Source: Klebsiella phage 6937. From it: DNA of 43,359 nt. Numbering within the stretch: the stretch's first letter is position 1; the number at the start of each line of letters is the position of its first letter. The notes under the pieces are model-generated. The model was not told where the DNA came from and ran no database searches. It worked only from the letters and a program-made list of their open reading frames with translations. Position numbers and translations under genes: made by a program. Where the stretch lies: the sequence record OL362270.1; one strand, written 5' to 3'. Positions 15,152 through 25,247 of this stretch are shown here, piece after piece.

Positions 15152-17651
15152 CGTCGAGACAGAAACGAACCCGTGGTACGGACACCTGGCCTCGCCGTAT
15201 AACCCGCTAAACTATGTGGTAATGGATGCCTTCGAGCAAGTTACCTTTGGTGGTGGTACGGTGAGCGTCAGCCCTCGAACCGAACAGCGCTTCGCTTCTG
15301 TCGAAGACTTTAAGGCCCGATGGCCGCAGCCGTTCCCGGACAACGTTGCAATCTATGTGGCCCACAACGCCGCATACGAGATGCAGTGGCAACTGGAACA
15401 CAACTTTGATAACTTCGTAGCGTTCCTGAAACGCGGCGGCCGGGTGTACTGTACGGCGTATGCCCACTACTTGCTGAGCAACCAGCAGGACACGTACCCA
15501 CCGCTGAACGAAGTCGCACCGCTGTACGGCGGTACACAGAAGGTAGATGGCGTTAAGGCGCTCTGGGATGCTGGGGTGTTGACCTCGGCGATTGACCCGG
15601 AGCTGCTGAGCGAATACCTGTCTGGCCCCAACGGCGATATCGACAACACCACCCGCGTATTCCTAGGCACCTGGAATAAGCTGGTCGAGCGCAACATGCT
15701 GACGATGGCCCTGGTGCGTATGGATAGCCTGCTGTATCTGGCGTTCTGTATGCACTTCGGGTTGAAGGTTGACGAGGAGAAGGCCCACCGCTTACAGGCG
15801 GAGAACGAGGCCGCACTCGCAGACCTTAACAAGCAGCTCTATGAGTACCTGCCCGACGATATGCCGGAGGAGGCCCGCGAGCAATTCAAGGGCACCCGCT
15901 TCCAGCTGTCGGCATTCCTGTTCGGCGGCGCAATGAAGTACGAGAGTCAGGTGCCGCGCACCGATTCGACTACTGGCGAGCTGATTTACAAGAAAGCAGA
16001 AGGCCCGGTGTTCAAGGTTGGGAAGGAGACGTACGTCAAAGACCCAGCTCTCTGTGAGTTCGACGAAGAGGCTGGCGGTCTGTGGTATGACCCGGAGCGC
16101 AAGGTGCACCAGGTGCGGTACACGGCAGGCAAGAACAAGGGCCAGCCCAAGTTCGACAAGTACGTGACCGACGAGGTTGACACCAAGAAGGGTGAGCTGA
16201 TTTATCAGTTCCAGGGGATGATTCAGGGTGCTGTGCGTGCGAAGCTACAGGATGCTATCGACACTGAGTGGGCTGGTAGCCAGAAGCTGGCAGACGGCAC
16301 CCCGGTAATCTCCACCGCTGGCGATGTGCTGGAAGTCCTGGCCGCTCACGATGTCCCGGTGGCGAAGCTGCTGGACCTCATCGGCAAGATTGAGAAGGAC
16401 CTCGGCGCGTTCTACCTGGTGCAGACGTTCAACAAGGACGGCTCGCTCAAGAAGCAGTCCGGCATGTTACAGTATGTGCAGGCCGACGGCTTCATTCACC
16501 ACACGCTGAACACCACGTCCACGGTAACGGCCCGACTGTCTTCGAACAAGCCGAACATGCAGCAGATACCGAGAGCCGAAGAGGCCAAGCCTGGAGACTT
16601 CAAGTCCAAGGTTAAGAGCATCTTCATCTCCCGGTTTGGTGCCGACGGCGGCATACTCCAGGAGGACTATAGCGCACTGGAGACGGTAGGTCAGCAGGTA
16701 ATGACTGGCGACCAGAACCTCAAAGAGGCGCTGATTAAGGGCCTGGACATGCACTCAATGCGCCTGGCTGCAATGGAGGAATTGACGTATGAGTACGTCG
16801 TCGCCCGAACGAAAGATGGTGCTCATCCTGAGCACGCCGAGTGGGATGTCAAGCGAACGGGTATTAAGCCTGTTGCGTTTCAGTACCAGTACGGGGCCAC
16901 AGCCTACGGAATGGCTATGTCTACCGGTAAATCGCAGGAGTTCTGCCAGGCGTTTATCGACGCCGAGAAGAAGGCATTCCCAGGTGTGGAGGCGTGGTAC
17001 GATAACGTCGTTTACCCGTCGGTGGAGGAGTCCTCGTTAAAGCGTAAGCCTACCCGTGTCCAGACGGAAGATGGCCAGTACCGCCTGTATCGCACCGGGG
17101 TATTCATCGCACCGTCAGGCACTACGTATCAGTTCCAGCAGTACACCAAGCTGCGCTGGGACCCGGAGAGCCGCACTCGCAAAGAGTTCTCCGAGTTCAA
17201 AGTCCCGCAAATGCGCAACTACCCAATCCAGGGTGAGTCCGGCTTCTTCGTACAGCTGGGCTGCGGTATGCTGATTCGCCACTTCATTGCCCGCGACTTC
17301 TACGGCATGAAGGCGCTGCCGATTAACACAGTACACGATGCGAACTACTTCGACGTTCACAAAGACGTAGTGCAGCAGGTGGCCTGTGAGGTGGAGGTAA
17401 TCATGGAGTCAATCCCTGAGATGCTGAACCACCTGTGGCCAGCGTATAATGTCGAGGTGCCGTTCCCGGTGGCGGGTGGTTACGGAGACAGTATGGCCGA
17501 GGAGAATACCGTATTCTCCACCAAGAGTAAGAAGGAAGACCCTGACGGCTTTAAAGCTGACAAGGCTGCCTGGGTGGCCCGGAAGAACCAGTTCAAGACT
17601 GACTACCTGGCCGCCAAGAATATCCAAGTTCAATTCCCATGCACTCAATAA
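15126..17651 (+). CDS. DNA polymerase, family A
   Basis: 841 aa from ATG 15126. Motif A-like DYSALE. Size and position are typical. The upstream extension to 15081 overlaps the previous gene and lacks an RBS. Confidence 0.85.
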   Translation: MSITALVHDVETETNPWYGHLASPYNPLNYVVMDAFEQVTFGGGTVSVSPRTEQRFASVEDFKARWPQPFPDNVAIYVAHNAAYEMQWQLEHNFDNFVAFLKRGGRVYCTAYAHYLLSNQQDTYPPLNEVAPLYGGTQKVDGVKALWDAGVLTSAIDPELLSEYLSGPNGDIDNTTRVFLGTWNKLVERNMLTMALVRMDSLLYLAFCMHFGLKVDEEKAHRLQAENEAALADLNKQLYEYLPDDMPEEAREQFKGTRFQLSAFLFGGAMKYESQVPRTDSTTGELIYKKAEGPVFKVGKETYVKDPALCEFDEEAGGLWYDPERKVHQVRYTAGKNKGQPKFDKYVTDEVDTKKGELIYQFQGMIQGAVRAKLQDAIDTEWAGSQKLADGTPVISTAGDVLEVLAAHDVPVAKLLDLIGKIEKDLGAFYLVQTFNKDGSLKKQSGMLQYVQADGFIHHTLNTTSTVTARLSSNKPNMQQIPRAEEAKPGDFKSKVKSIFISRFGADGGILQEDYSALETVGQQVMTGDQNLKEALIKGLDMHSMRLAAMEELTYEYVVARTKDGAHPEHAEWDVKRTGIKPVAFQYQYGATAYGMAMSTGKSQEFCQAFIDAEKKAFPGVEAWYDNVVYPSVEESSLKRKPTRVQTEDGQYRLYRTGVFIAPSGTTYQFQQYTKLRWDPESRTRKEFSEFKVPQMRNYPIQGESGFFVQLGCGMLIRHFIARDFYGMKALPINTVHDANYFDVHKDVVQQVACEVEVIMESIPEMLNHLWPAYNVEVPFPVAGGYGDSMAEENTVFSTKSKKEDPDGFKADKAAWVARKNQFKTDYLAAKNIQVQFPCTQ

Positions 17652-17662
17652 GGTAAATATCA

Positions 17663-18502
17663 ATGACTACTGAAACTCAATTGACCCGCGCTCAACAAAT
17701 CGCTGCCCGTGCTGCTGCTGCCGTAGAACGTCACGGCGACCAGAACGAAGTCGTCGCAGGTGGTAGCGGCACCTATACCCCACCTCCGGCGGGAAAGGCA
17801 AAGGCTCGCCTGGTCGGTTACTTCGAGACTGGTCCGCAGAAGAACAAGAACTATCCAGACAAGCCCGCGCAGAACTCTTTCATTCTGCAATTTGCCCTGT
17901 ACGGCGAAGGGTATACCCGCGAAGATGGTAAGCCGATGACCATCGAGACCCGCAAGTTTGCGGTGGGTCGTGGTGAGAAGTCCAACGCGGTTAAAATCTT
18001 CCGACAGCTGTGCCCGACCAAGGACGTGCAGCACTTCCTGGGCCTGCTGGGCCGCGCATTCTGGGTTGTCATTGAGCACAATACCCAGCCTGCGAAGGAA
18101 GCCGGTAAGCCGGATGTGGTGTTCGCCAACATCAAAGAGAGCGAGCTGAAACCTGCCCTGCGTGACGTGTTCGATGACGACGATAACCTGATTGGCCAGC
18201 GCGAAGTGGCCGTACCGGAAGCCACCGACGACCAGTTCAAGGTCTTTGAGTGGGACGTGCCGAGCAAGGAAGACTTCGACTCCCTGCCGGGCAAGTATCA
18301 GAAGATTATCCGCAGCTCCGAAGGCTTCGCACAGTCCGCCCTGTTCGCCCTGGTAGGCGCAGGCAACCCGGCGACCACCGATGCCCCGGACGAAGGCCCG
18401 GAACCGCAGGATGGTGAAGACGAGCCGCAGACCCAGGACACTCCGCAGACCCCGGTGACTGAAACCCCGGTAGCTGACGCTGGCGCACTGCCGTCGCTGT
18501 AA
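17663..18502 (+). CDS. hypothetical protein with acidic Pro/Thr/Glu-rich C-terminal tail (279 aa)
   Basis: Good RBS context. The C-terminus is DAPDEGPEPQDGEDEPQTQDTPQTPVTETPV. A possible SSB-like acidic tail, but there is no further support. Confidence 0.5.
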   Translation: MTTETQLTRAQQIAARAAAAVERHGDQNEVVAGGSGTYTPPPAGKAKARLVGYFETGPQKNKNYPDKPAQNSFILQFALYGEGYTREDGKPMTIETRKFAVGRGEKSNAVKIFRQLCPTKDVQHFLGLLGRAFWVVIEHNTQPAKEAGKPDVVFANIKESELKPALRDVFDDDDNLIGQREVAVPEATDDQFKVFEWDVPSKEDFDSLPGKYQKIIRSSEGFAQSALFALVGAGNPATTDAPDEGPEPQDGEDEPQTQDTPQTPVTETPVADAGALPSL

Positions 18503-19476
18503 TGTATCAGCCGAATAGAATACGGGAGCGTGCCGCCAGCGCGGCTCCCATGTTCCACTCGAATGATAAGTGGACGCTGCTGAGTTGTGATGCGGACTCC
18601 ATCATCTACAACGTAGCGGCCACCACCAACAACATCGAGACGGCGAAGCGGCGCTTTGTGGACAAGGCGCTTACCTTACACTTCCTGGCAGACGCGGCGT
18701 TGTCACGGATGCACCTGACGCCGAAGCACTGCCGTAAGGCTGGGCGATTCAACATCATCGCACAGAAACCGTACCAGGCCAACCGGGAGCCGGGATTCTT
18801 TGAAGACGGCACACCGAAGCCGAGCAAGAAGCCTGCCCTGGTCGAGCCGCTCCGCTACGCCGTGGGGCGTGGCAAACTACTACTTCCACCGGAGATTGAG
18901 ATAGTATTCAACGACGTGTTCGAGGCCGATGACTCGGTGGTTACTGAGTGTACGACCTACGGCGACGACGCAATCTACTACTCCGAGGATAAGGATTTAG
19001 ATTGTCTAAGAAACAGGAAGTTATGCCAGAAGACGTTGAAGGTTCTCCCGGCTCTGCCGTCGTCTTTGCTGGGTACTCTGGAGCTGGTCGAGCTATCAGC
19101 TTCGAAGAAAGTGGCTGGTCGCGGCCCTTTGTTCTTCTGGGCGCAGATGTTGATGGGCGACACCGCCGACAACATCAAGGGCATCATCAAGATGCACGGG
19201 AAGCTCTGTGGGCCTGCGAAGACCTTTGAGGAGCTAGAGGTATTCAGCGGGGCCGATAGCTCACGAGAGGCTGACGTAGCGCGTCTGGTGCTGGGGCATT
19301 ACATGGCCATCGACCAGAACCCGTGGCCGGAAGCCTGGCTTCTGTGGCTATATCCCACACCGTCATTCACATTCTATCACTACCTGCTGAGCCTTGGTGT
19401 GTTAGACGATTCGGAGTTAGGTAAATGGCTGAAAGCGAAGAAGGCGGAGAAGTGGTTCAGGTCGGAGACCGAGTAA
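18502..19476 (+). CDS. 5'-3' exonuclease (FEN / T7 gp6-like)
   Basis: Acidic metal-binding clusters (CDADSIIY, FEADDSVV) and the GDTADNIKGI motif, characteristic of 5'-3' exonuclease / flap endonuclease. Confidence 0.7.
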   Translation: MYQPNRIRERAASAAPMFHSNDKWTLLSCDADSIIYNVAATTNNIETAKRRFVDKALTLHFLADAALSRMHLTPKHCRKAGRFNIIAQKPYQANREPGFFEDGTPKPSKKPALVEPLRYAVGRGKLLLPPEIEIVFNDVFEADDSVVTECTTYGDDAIYYSEDKDLDCLRNRKLCQKTLKVLPALPSSLLGTLELVELSASKKVAGRGPLFFWAQMLMGDTADNIKGIIKMHGKLCGPAKTFEELEVFSGADSSREADVARLVLGHYMAIDQNPWPEAWLLWLYPTPSFTFYHYLLSLGVLDDSELGKWLKAKKAEKWFRSETE

Positions 19477-19643
19477 GGATTATCTCCGAAGTCACTACCG
19501 ACCCGTACTGCGGTCCCCTTGCCGACCACGGCCTGGCTATTGGACAGGTCCATACTGTGATTGATACCAGTAACCAACCACCAGGTATCTGCATTGAAGG
19601 CGATACCTGGTTATTTAAATCAGAAGTGGAGAAGGTACTATGA
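19425..19643 (+). CDS. hypothetical small protein (72 aa, start uncertain)
   Basis: The ATG overlaps the exonuclease 3' end by 52 nt. An in-frame GTG at 19452 is an alternative start. Confidence 0.35.
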   Translation: MAESEEGGEVVQVGDRVRIISEVTTDPYCGPLADHGLAIGQVHTVIDTSNQPPGICIEGDTWLFKSEVEKVL

Positions 19644-20008
19644 AGAACATTATCGACATCAACCCGATGACCCGCGTATTCCTGGCGAGCGAGCTGGGAG
19701 ACCAGATTCAGCGTGGCCTGTTCAAGCAGGTCGGCCAGATTCGCACCGAGTACGTGCAGAAGAACATCGAGGGTGAAGAATCTGCCATCGTACAGCGCAG
19801 CGTAACCGCCGTGATTCACGACCTGCACCTCGACAAATTCTACGAGGTAGAGTCCTACCGGGGCCTGGCCATCCGCGCCGAGATTGGCGACGAGGAGATG
19901 CTGGGCCACATCCGCGAGCTTCTCCCAACCCTGGGCGACGACGAGGGCTTCGTATACGACCAGCGCATTGAGCGTGGTGTCGAGTTCCTGGAGAAGGCTG
20001 ATGCATAA
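19640..20008 (+). CDS. hypothetical acidic protein (122 aa)
   Basis: Coupled ATGA start. No recognisable motifs. Confidence 0.5.
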   Translation: MKNIIDINPMTRVFLASELGDQIQRGLFKQVGQIRTEYVQKNIEGEESAIVQRSVTAVIHDLHLDKFYEVESYRGLAIRAEIGDEEMLGHIRELLPTLGDDEGFVYDQRIERGVEFLEKADA

Positions 20009-20441
20009 ACTGACCCGCGCCCAGCAGGTAGCCTGGGCTAAGCAGGAGCTGAGCAACGGGCGCGGTTGTCCGTTGTGCCAGCGTAGTTGGCAGGTGATTA
20101 TCGCCGAAGCAGAACAGCGCGGGGCCCGCCAGGCTCCGTACGTAGTGGACCACGACCACATCACTGGTGAAGTTCGTGGACTTCTGTGCCGTGGCTGTAA
20201 CGGGGCAGAGGGTAAAGTGACCAATGCGGTAGCGGCCTGGGGTAAGACCGGGCACGACTACCCCAAAATTATTGCCTGGCTGGACCGCATGGTCAAGTAC
20301 CTAAAGGCACCGGGCAAGGGTGTGATGTACTCCACCCACGTAGTGAAGGCCGCACAGGACCGCAAGGGTGCTGACATGCGCCGAGAGCGAGCACAAGCGA
20401 AAGCAACCGCCCGCCGTAAACAAATTCAACGAGGTAAGTAA
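20001..20441 (+). CDS. endonuclease VII-family (T4 gp49-like) recombination endonuclease
   Basis: From ATG 20001. GCPLCQ ... VVDHDHITGEVRGLLCRGCN matches the zinc/His-Me finger signature of Endonuclease_7. Confidence 0.75.
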   Translation: MHKLTRAQQVAWAKQELSNGRGCPLCQRSWQVIIAEAEQRGARQAPYVVDHDHITGEVRGLLCRGCNGAEGKVTNAVAAWGKTGHDYPKIIAWLDRMVKYLKAPGKGVMYSTHVVKAAQDRKGADMRRERAQAKATARRKQIQRGK

Positions 20442-21418
20442 TGGCTAAGATAACTCTCCGCAACCTGTTCACCAAAGAGCAACATATTGAAATCCTTAGC
20501 AATTACCCGGACAACACCGATGCTGCTCTGGCGTACAGCAACATGCTGGGAGACGACACCAGTGTAAGCCGCCAGCTGGCGCGGTGGTGGCGCAAGGTGT
20601 TCCTGGACTTCGAAGGTAAGCAGGCAGCGGCCAAGCGGGAGGCGGTGGCCGAGCGTAAGCTGGTGAGTCCGTCCCAGAAGGACGACATTGGGGAGACATC
20701 GGTGCCGGTAGTCGCCCGTCGTATCATGACCATTGGCGACACTCACGCCCCGTACGTTCACCCGGACGCGCTGGAGTTCCTGGCACATCTCCAGGAAAGC
20801 TACCAGCCGGACATCGTAGTCCATATGGGCGACGAGGTTGACAACCACGCAATCAGCTTCCACGACTCAGACCCTAACCTGGACAGTGCAGGCGTCGAGC
20901 TGGAGAAGGCGAAGCAGTGGATGGAGAAGCTCTATGAAATCTTCCCGAACGTTCTGGTCTGTGATTCCAATCACGGGTCACTGGTATATCGCCGCGCTAA
21001 GGCTCACGGGCTACCAGTACAGTTCATCAAGAAGTACCGTGACATCCTGTTCCCGGAGCACGGTGCTGCTGGTTGGTCATGGTCTGAGGCCTGGGTACTC
21101 CAGACTCCGCTGGGTCCCGTCCGCTTCCAGCATCAGGTATCAGGTGACTTCATGCTCAATGCCGCCCATGAGCGCTCAAGTCTGGTGCTGGGACACGAGC
21201 ACGGACGTTTTGAGGTCCAATATGCTGCAAGTAGCGAGGCGCTTTATTTCGGCGCTTACGCTGGATGCCTTATCGACCGCAAGGCACTAGCCTTTGAGTA
21301 CGGCCGCCTGACCCGTAAGAAGCCAATCCTCGGCTGCCTGGTAATCACAGAAGGCTGCCCGGCGTTAATCCCCATGCTGCTTGACGACGAAGGTCGTTGG
21401 GTAGGGAGAAAGAAATGA
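20441..21418 (+). CDS. calcineurin-like metallophosphoesterase
   Basis: Motifs GDTHAP, HMGDEVDNH, SNHG, GHEH in the canonical order for the MPP superfamily. Confidence 0.65.
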   Translation: MAKITLRNLFTKEQHIEILSNYPDNTDAALAYSNMLGDDTSVSRQLARWWRKVFLDFEGKQAAAKREAVAERKLVSPSQKDDIGETSVPVVARRIMTIGDTHAPYVHPDALEFLAHLQESYQPDIVVHMGDEVDNHAISFHDSDPNLDSAGVELEKAKQWMEKLYEIFPNVLVCDSNHGSLVYRRAKAHGLPVQFIKKYRDILFPEHGAAGWSWSEAWVLQTPLGPVRFQHQVSGDFMLNAAHERSSLVLGHEHGRFEVQYAASSEALYFGAYAGCLIDRKALAFEYGRLTRKKPILGCLVITEGCPALIPMLLDDEGRWVGRKK

Positions 21419-21921
21419 GCCGTAAAACTGTAATCGTGTGGGACCTGGACGGCACGCTGTCCGACGGCCGTCACCGACTCCACCTTCTCCCGAAGAAGGA
21501 CCACAACAACACAGCATCGTGGCGGGAGTTCAATCTCGCCAGCTGTGACGACGCCCCGATTTGGGACAACATCGAGCTGTTGCGTGCGCAGTCCACCGTA
21601 GGCTTCCACATCGTCATCCTGACGGGACGTAGCGACGAGGCAATGCAAATGACTAAGGAGTGGCTGGCGCGTTACTACGTGCCGTACAGCCGCCTTATCA
21701 TGCGTGCAGCAGATGACCACCGTACGGACATTGAGTTCAAGGGTGAGCGCCTGCGCCAGATTGGCCTCAACAATATCCTGTGCGCCTTCGACGACCTGGA
21801 GCACGTAGTCAAGAGCTTCCGCAAGCTGGGCATCACCTGCCACCAGGTGACGCACTACGAGGACCACGAGAAGCACGCCCATGTTAAATCCCAAGAGGAG
21901 AACGAACGTGACAGCAAATAA
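21415..21921 (+). CDS. HAD-superfamily phosphatase (polynucleotide 3'-phosphatase-like)
   Basis: ATG 21415 after GGGAGAAAG. Motif I VWDLDGTL (DxDGT). It sits adjacent to a P-loop kinase, as in the split Pnkp arrangement. Confidence 0.55.
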   Translation: MSRKTVIVWDLDGTLSDGRHRLHLLPKKDHNNTASWREFNLASCDDAPIWDNIELLRAQSTVGFHIVILTGRSDEAMQMTKEWLARYYVPYSRLIMRAADDHRTDIEFKGERLRQIGLNNILCAFDDLEHVVKSFRKLGITCHQVTHYEDHEKHAHVKSQEENERDSK

Positions 21922-22492
21922 GCCGAAGGACATCATCATCCTGAACGGCCCGCCGGGCAGCGGCAAGGATGCCATCTGCAATTACCTGGTAGACTACTGG
22001 CCGGACTGCAAACACCTGGAAGTGAAGAAGCGGCTGTTTGAGCTGGTTCTGGCGATTAGCGGAATGGAGCCGGGCGAGTGGTGGGCGCTCTACGATAACC
22101 GGATTACGAAAGAGAAGCCGCACCCGAAGCTGGCGAACCTATCTCCACGTCAGTTTATGATTCACGTAAGCGAGAGCGTGATGAAGCCTCTGTTCGGTAA
22201 AGACTACTTCGGCCGCTACGCTGCGGAACAGGTTGCCAAACACCATCACGGAATGGTGGTGTTCTCCGACGGCGGATTCCAGGAAGAAGTCCAGCTTCTG
22301 TCGGCCGTGGGTAGTGTGCACCTGATTCACATCTATCGAGAGGGATACAGCTTCGATGGTGACAGCCGTAATTACCTGGACCCGAACCTGCCGTACCTGT
22401 CAACCTTCCTCCGCGTAGACCAGAAGGAAGGTGACATTGATTACGCAATTGGTTGTATTAATGACCATTTAGATGAGTGGTGGCAGAAATGA
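21908..22492 (+). CDS. P-loop NTPase, putative polynucleotide/nucleotide kinase
   Basis: Walker A IIILNGPPGSGKDAI. GTG 21908 preferred, with GAGGAG 7 nt upstream. An in-frame ATG at 21881 is the alternative. Confidence 0.5.
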   Translation: MTANKPKDIIILNGPPGSGKDAICNYLVDYWPDCKHLEVKKRLFELVLAISGMEPGEWWALYDNRITKEKPHPKLANLSPRQFMIHVSESVMKPLFGKDYFGRYAAEQVAKHHHGMVVFSDGGFQEEVQLLSAVGSVHLIHIYREGYSFDGDSRNYLDPNLPYLSTFLRVDQKEGDIDYAIGCINDHLDEWWQK

Positions 22493-22644
22493 CGTGGTAC
22501 GAACTGGTACAGATGGGCAGCATTCGACACATCGAATCGCTGATTGAAACGGGCCGCTCGGAAGAGGCGGCCACTCTAATCGAACATATCGTGGACGACA
22601 ATCCCGAACTGCAAGACCACTTCGCGGAACACTTTAAGGAGTAA
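22489..22644 (+). CDS. hypothetical 51-aa helical protein immediately upstream of RNAP
   Basis: Below the 60-aa cut-off of the ORF track. It has an ATGA-coupled start, and its stop lies 2 nt before the RNAP GTG start. The RNAP's SD sits inside it. Confidence 0.35.
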   Translation: MTWYELVQMGSIRHIESLIETGRSEEAATLIEHIVDDNPELQDHFAEHFKE

Positions 22645-22646
22645 TC

Positions 22647-25142
22647 GTGGCTACACTCGCAGACCAATTGGCGTTTGAAATCAAGCACCGTGACCTCGGA
22701 CGTGAGCGTATGGCGTCCATTATCAATGCCGCAGAGGAACAGGGGAGATTGACTGACACGCCGTTGGGAACGGGTGTGCTCCGTCGATACCTCCAAAGGC
22801 TATCCGAGACCATCTCCCTGGACATAACCGAGGAGCTGGGCGTACCGGGCCGTTCCAAGCAGTACGCAGTGCTGTTGAAGAACATGGACCCGGACGTACT
22901 GGCCCTGGTAACGCTGGATACGGTCATTGAGCATCTTGAGATGAGCGACGAGGAAGAAGACTCGGTTCCGCTCGGCAGCCTGGCGACGGCGATTGGGCGG
23001 GCGATTCACAGTGAGATTATCCTGACGGAGTTCAAGGATATCTCTCCGGACTTATTCGAGGTGCTGACCAATAGCCTCAAGTCCAGAATGAGCAAGAACC
23101 TCCGACACAAGATGACGGTGTACAAGATGCAGGCCGCCGACCAGGGGCTGGAGTTGCCTGAGTGGACTACAGGGCAGCGGGCTCAGGTTGGCTCATACCT
23201 GATTGGCCTGCTGATTAACATGGGTGTACTGGAGCAGTTCACCCGGTGGGTTAAGCGCAAGTCAGTGTACTGCGTGGCGCTGGGTGCGGATGTGGTGGAG
23301 TTGATGGAGGCCATAAGAGAGCGCGTCATTGAGCGCTCAGGCTTCGCAGCACCTTGCCTAATACCACCGCAGCCCTGGACCGGAGAAGAGGGCGTAGGGG
23401 GCTTCCACGGCGCTTTAAAGCTACGTGCCCCGCGTTTCTTCAAAGGCACATCCGAGCAGCTGGAGATAATGCAGACTGAGGGGTGCGACCTTACGACAAC
23501 CCTGGCCGCTCTGAATTTCCAGCAGCGTGTTGCCTGGAAAGTCAACCCATTCATTCACAAGCTGGCACTGCTCATGCTCCAGTACCGCTACGAGTTGAAG
23601 AAGTCAATCACCTCAGTGGCGTACTATCCGAAGCCGGACAGGCCAGAGTGGCTCGACCGCTGCGACGATATGTCAAAGATATCGCCCCAGCAGAAGGAAG
23701 AGTTCGACAAGTGGAAGCTGGTCACCAGGGACTGGCACACCGAGAACAAGAAGCGTGCTCGCATTGAGGTGCGTATGCGGCTGGCTCTAGCTGCTGCACG
23801 GGACTTCGGTGAGCTTGAGCGCTTCTACTTCGTATGCCAGGCGGATGACCGTGGCCGTGAATACTTCTGCTCTGGGCCGCTGAACCCGCAAGGGAGCGAC
23901 CTACAGAAGGCGCTGCTGCACTCCGCAGTGGGTGGCCCTGTGGACACACCGGAAGCCGTGTACTGGTTCAAGCTGAACATCGCTACGAAGTACGGAATCG
24001 ACAAGCTGGCTCCGGCCGACTGTATCAAATGGGTGGACGACAACCATGACAACATTATCTCGGCGGCGGCTGACCCTCTTAATCGTGAAGCCTTTGACTG
24101 GTGGTCACAGGCCGATAAGCCGCTACAGTTTATCTCGGTGTGCGATGAGTATCGCCGCTGGGTTGAAGACCCCGTGGGTTTTGAGGCTCGAATCGCAGTC
24201 TCTATGGATGGGACGTGTAACGGCCTCCAGAACTATTCCGCGCTACTTAGGGACCCCGTTGGTGGACGCGCTACGAATCTCATTAGCGCCGAATCTGGAA
24301 TACCTAATGACATATACGGTGACGTGGCCATCGCCGCTTTTAAACGGCTCGAAGCTGACGTGGGCGGAATTTACCGACCCGGCTGGTTACTACACGGGTT
24401 CAACCGAAAGCTGACGAAGCCGTCGGTAATGACCCAGGTGTACGGCTCGACGTTCGGTACGTGTCGCAAGTCCATTGTGTCATACTGTGTCGAGCGGGCG
24501 CTGTTTGAGGATGAGCAGTATGAGCACGCTGATTACGCTGCACGTCTGGTCTGGGAAGGGATTGGGGATGTTGTTGTCGCAGCACGGGAGTGCATGGAAT
24601 GGCTACGGAAGTGTGCCGGACTCATTATGGCGGAGGGTGCTGAGTTCATATCCTGGCCTGCTCCTTCGGGATTCCGAGTTGTCCAGGTGTATCGTAAGCC
24701 CAAGCTGGTAAGGGTTAAGGCATACATAGGGAAGAGCGTGTCCTATGCCATCCAGGTGGCGGAAGATGATTCCGACGACCAGGATAAGATTCGACACAGA
24801 AATGCCTTCCCGCCCAATTTCATCCACAGCGTTGATGCAAGCCACTTAGCAATGGTGGCTGTGGGTATGGGTTCCCTGCATGAACAGATGCGCTTAGAAG
24901 GCCGCCTATCGAAGATTTGGGCCAATGAGAGTGTATTCCTGCACTTCATCCACGACGACTTCGGTGCATTGCCACATATGGCGGCTGACCTGGCGCGTAT
25001 TATTCGTGAGAAGTTTGTTGAGATGCACGAGAATTATGACATAGAGTCAATCAGAAAGGACTACTGGTTCCTACCAAAACCCCCGAAGAAGGGCTCTCTG
25101 GATATTCGCTGTGTACTCGACAGTATTAACTTCTTCCGTTGA
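22647..25142 (+). CDS. single-subunit DNA-directed RNA polymerase (T7-like)
   Basis: 831 aa. GTG start with AAGGAG 5 nt upstream. Motif A DGTCNGLQ and motif C HDDFG are present. Confidence 0.95.
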   Translation: MATLADQLAFEIKHRDLGRERMASIINAAEEQGRLTDTPLGTGVLRRYLQRLSETISLDITEELGVPGRSKQYAVLLKNMDPDVLALVTLDTVIEHLEMSDEEEDSVPLGSLATAIGRAIHSEIILTEFKDISPDLFEVLTNSLKSRMSKNLRHKMTVYKMQAADQGLELPEWTTGQRAQVGSYLIGLLINMGVLEQFTRWVKRKSVYCVALGADVVELMEAIRERVIERSGFAAPCLIPPQPWTGEEGVGGFHGALKLRAPRFFKGTSEQLEIMQTEGCDLTTTLAALNFQQRVAWKVNPFIHKLALLMLQYRYELKKSITSVAYYPKPDRPEWLDRCDDMSKISPQQKEEFDKWKLVTRDWHTENKKRARIEVRMRLALAAARDFGELERFYFVCQADDRGREYFCSGPLNPQGSDLQKALLHSAVGGPVDTPEAVYWFKLNIATKYGIDKLAPADCIKWVDDNHDNIISAAADPLNREAFDWWSQADKPLQFISVCDEYRRWVEDPVGFEARIAVSMDGTCNGLQNYSALLRDPVGGRATNLISAESGIPNDIYGDVAIAAFKRLEADVGGIYRPGWLLHGFNRKLTKPSVMTQVYGSTFGTCRKSIVSYCVERALFEDEQYEHADYAARLVWEGIGDVVVAARECMEWLRKCAGLIMAEGAEFISWPAPSGFRVVQVYRKPKLVRVKAYIGKSVSYAIQVAEDDSDDQDKIRHRNAFPPNFIHSVDASHLAMVAVGMGSLHEQMRLEGRLSKIWANESVFLHFIHDDFGALPHMAADLARIIREKFVEMHENYDIESIRKDYWFLPKPPKKGSLDIRCVLDSINFFR

Positions 25143-25161
25143 TTAGTTACACTCTATGTAC
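25139..25161 (+). promoter_or_regulatory. variant phage-RNAP promoter (TTGATTAGTTACACTCTATGTAC)
   Basis: Shares the upstream half with the late consensus but diverges after ACTCTA. It lies immediately after the RNAP stop. Confidence 0.45.
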
Positions 25162-25247
25162 GGCTGACGATTAGTCAGACGATATACAGTGTTATATTAA
25201 GTGTATTTAATAGTTAATATTACAGAGTGTATCTAATAAATAATCTA

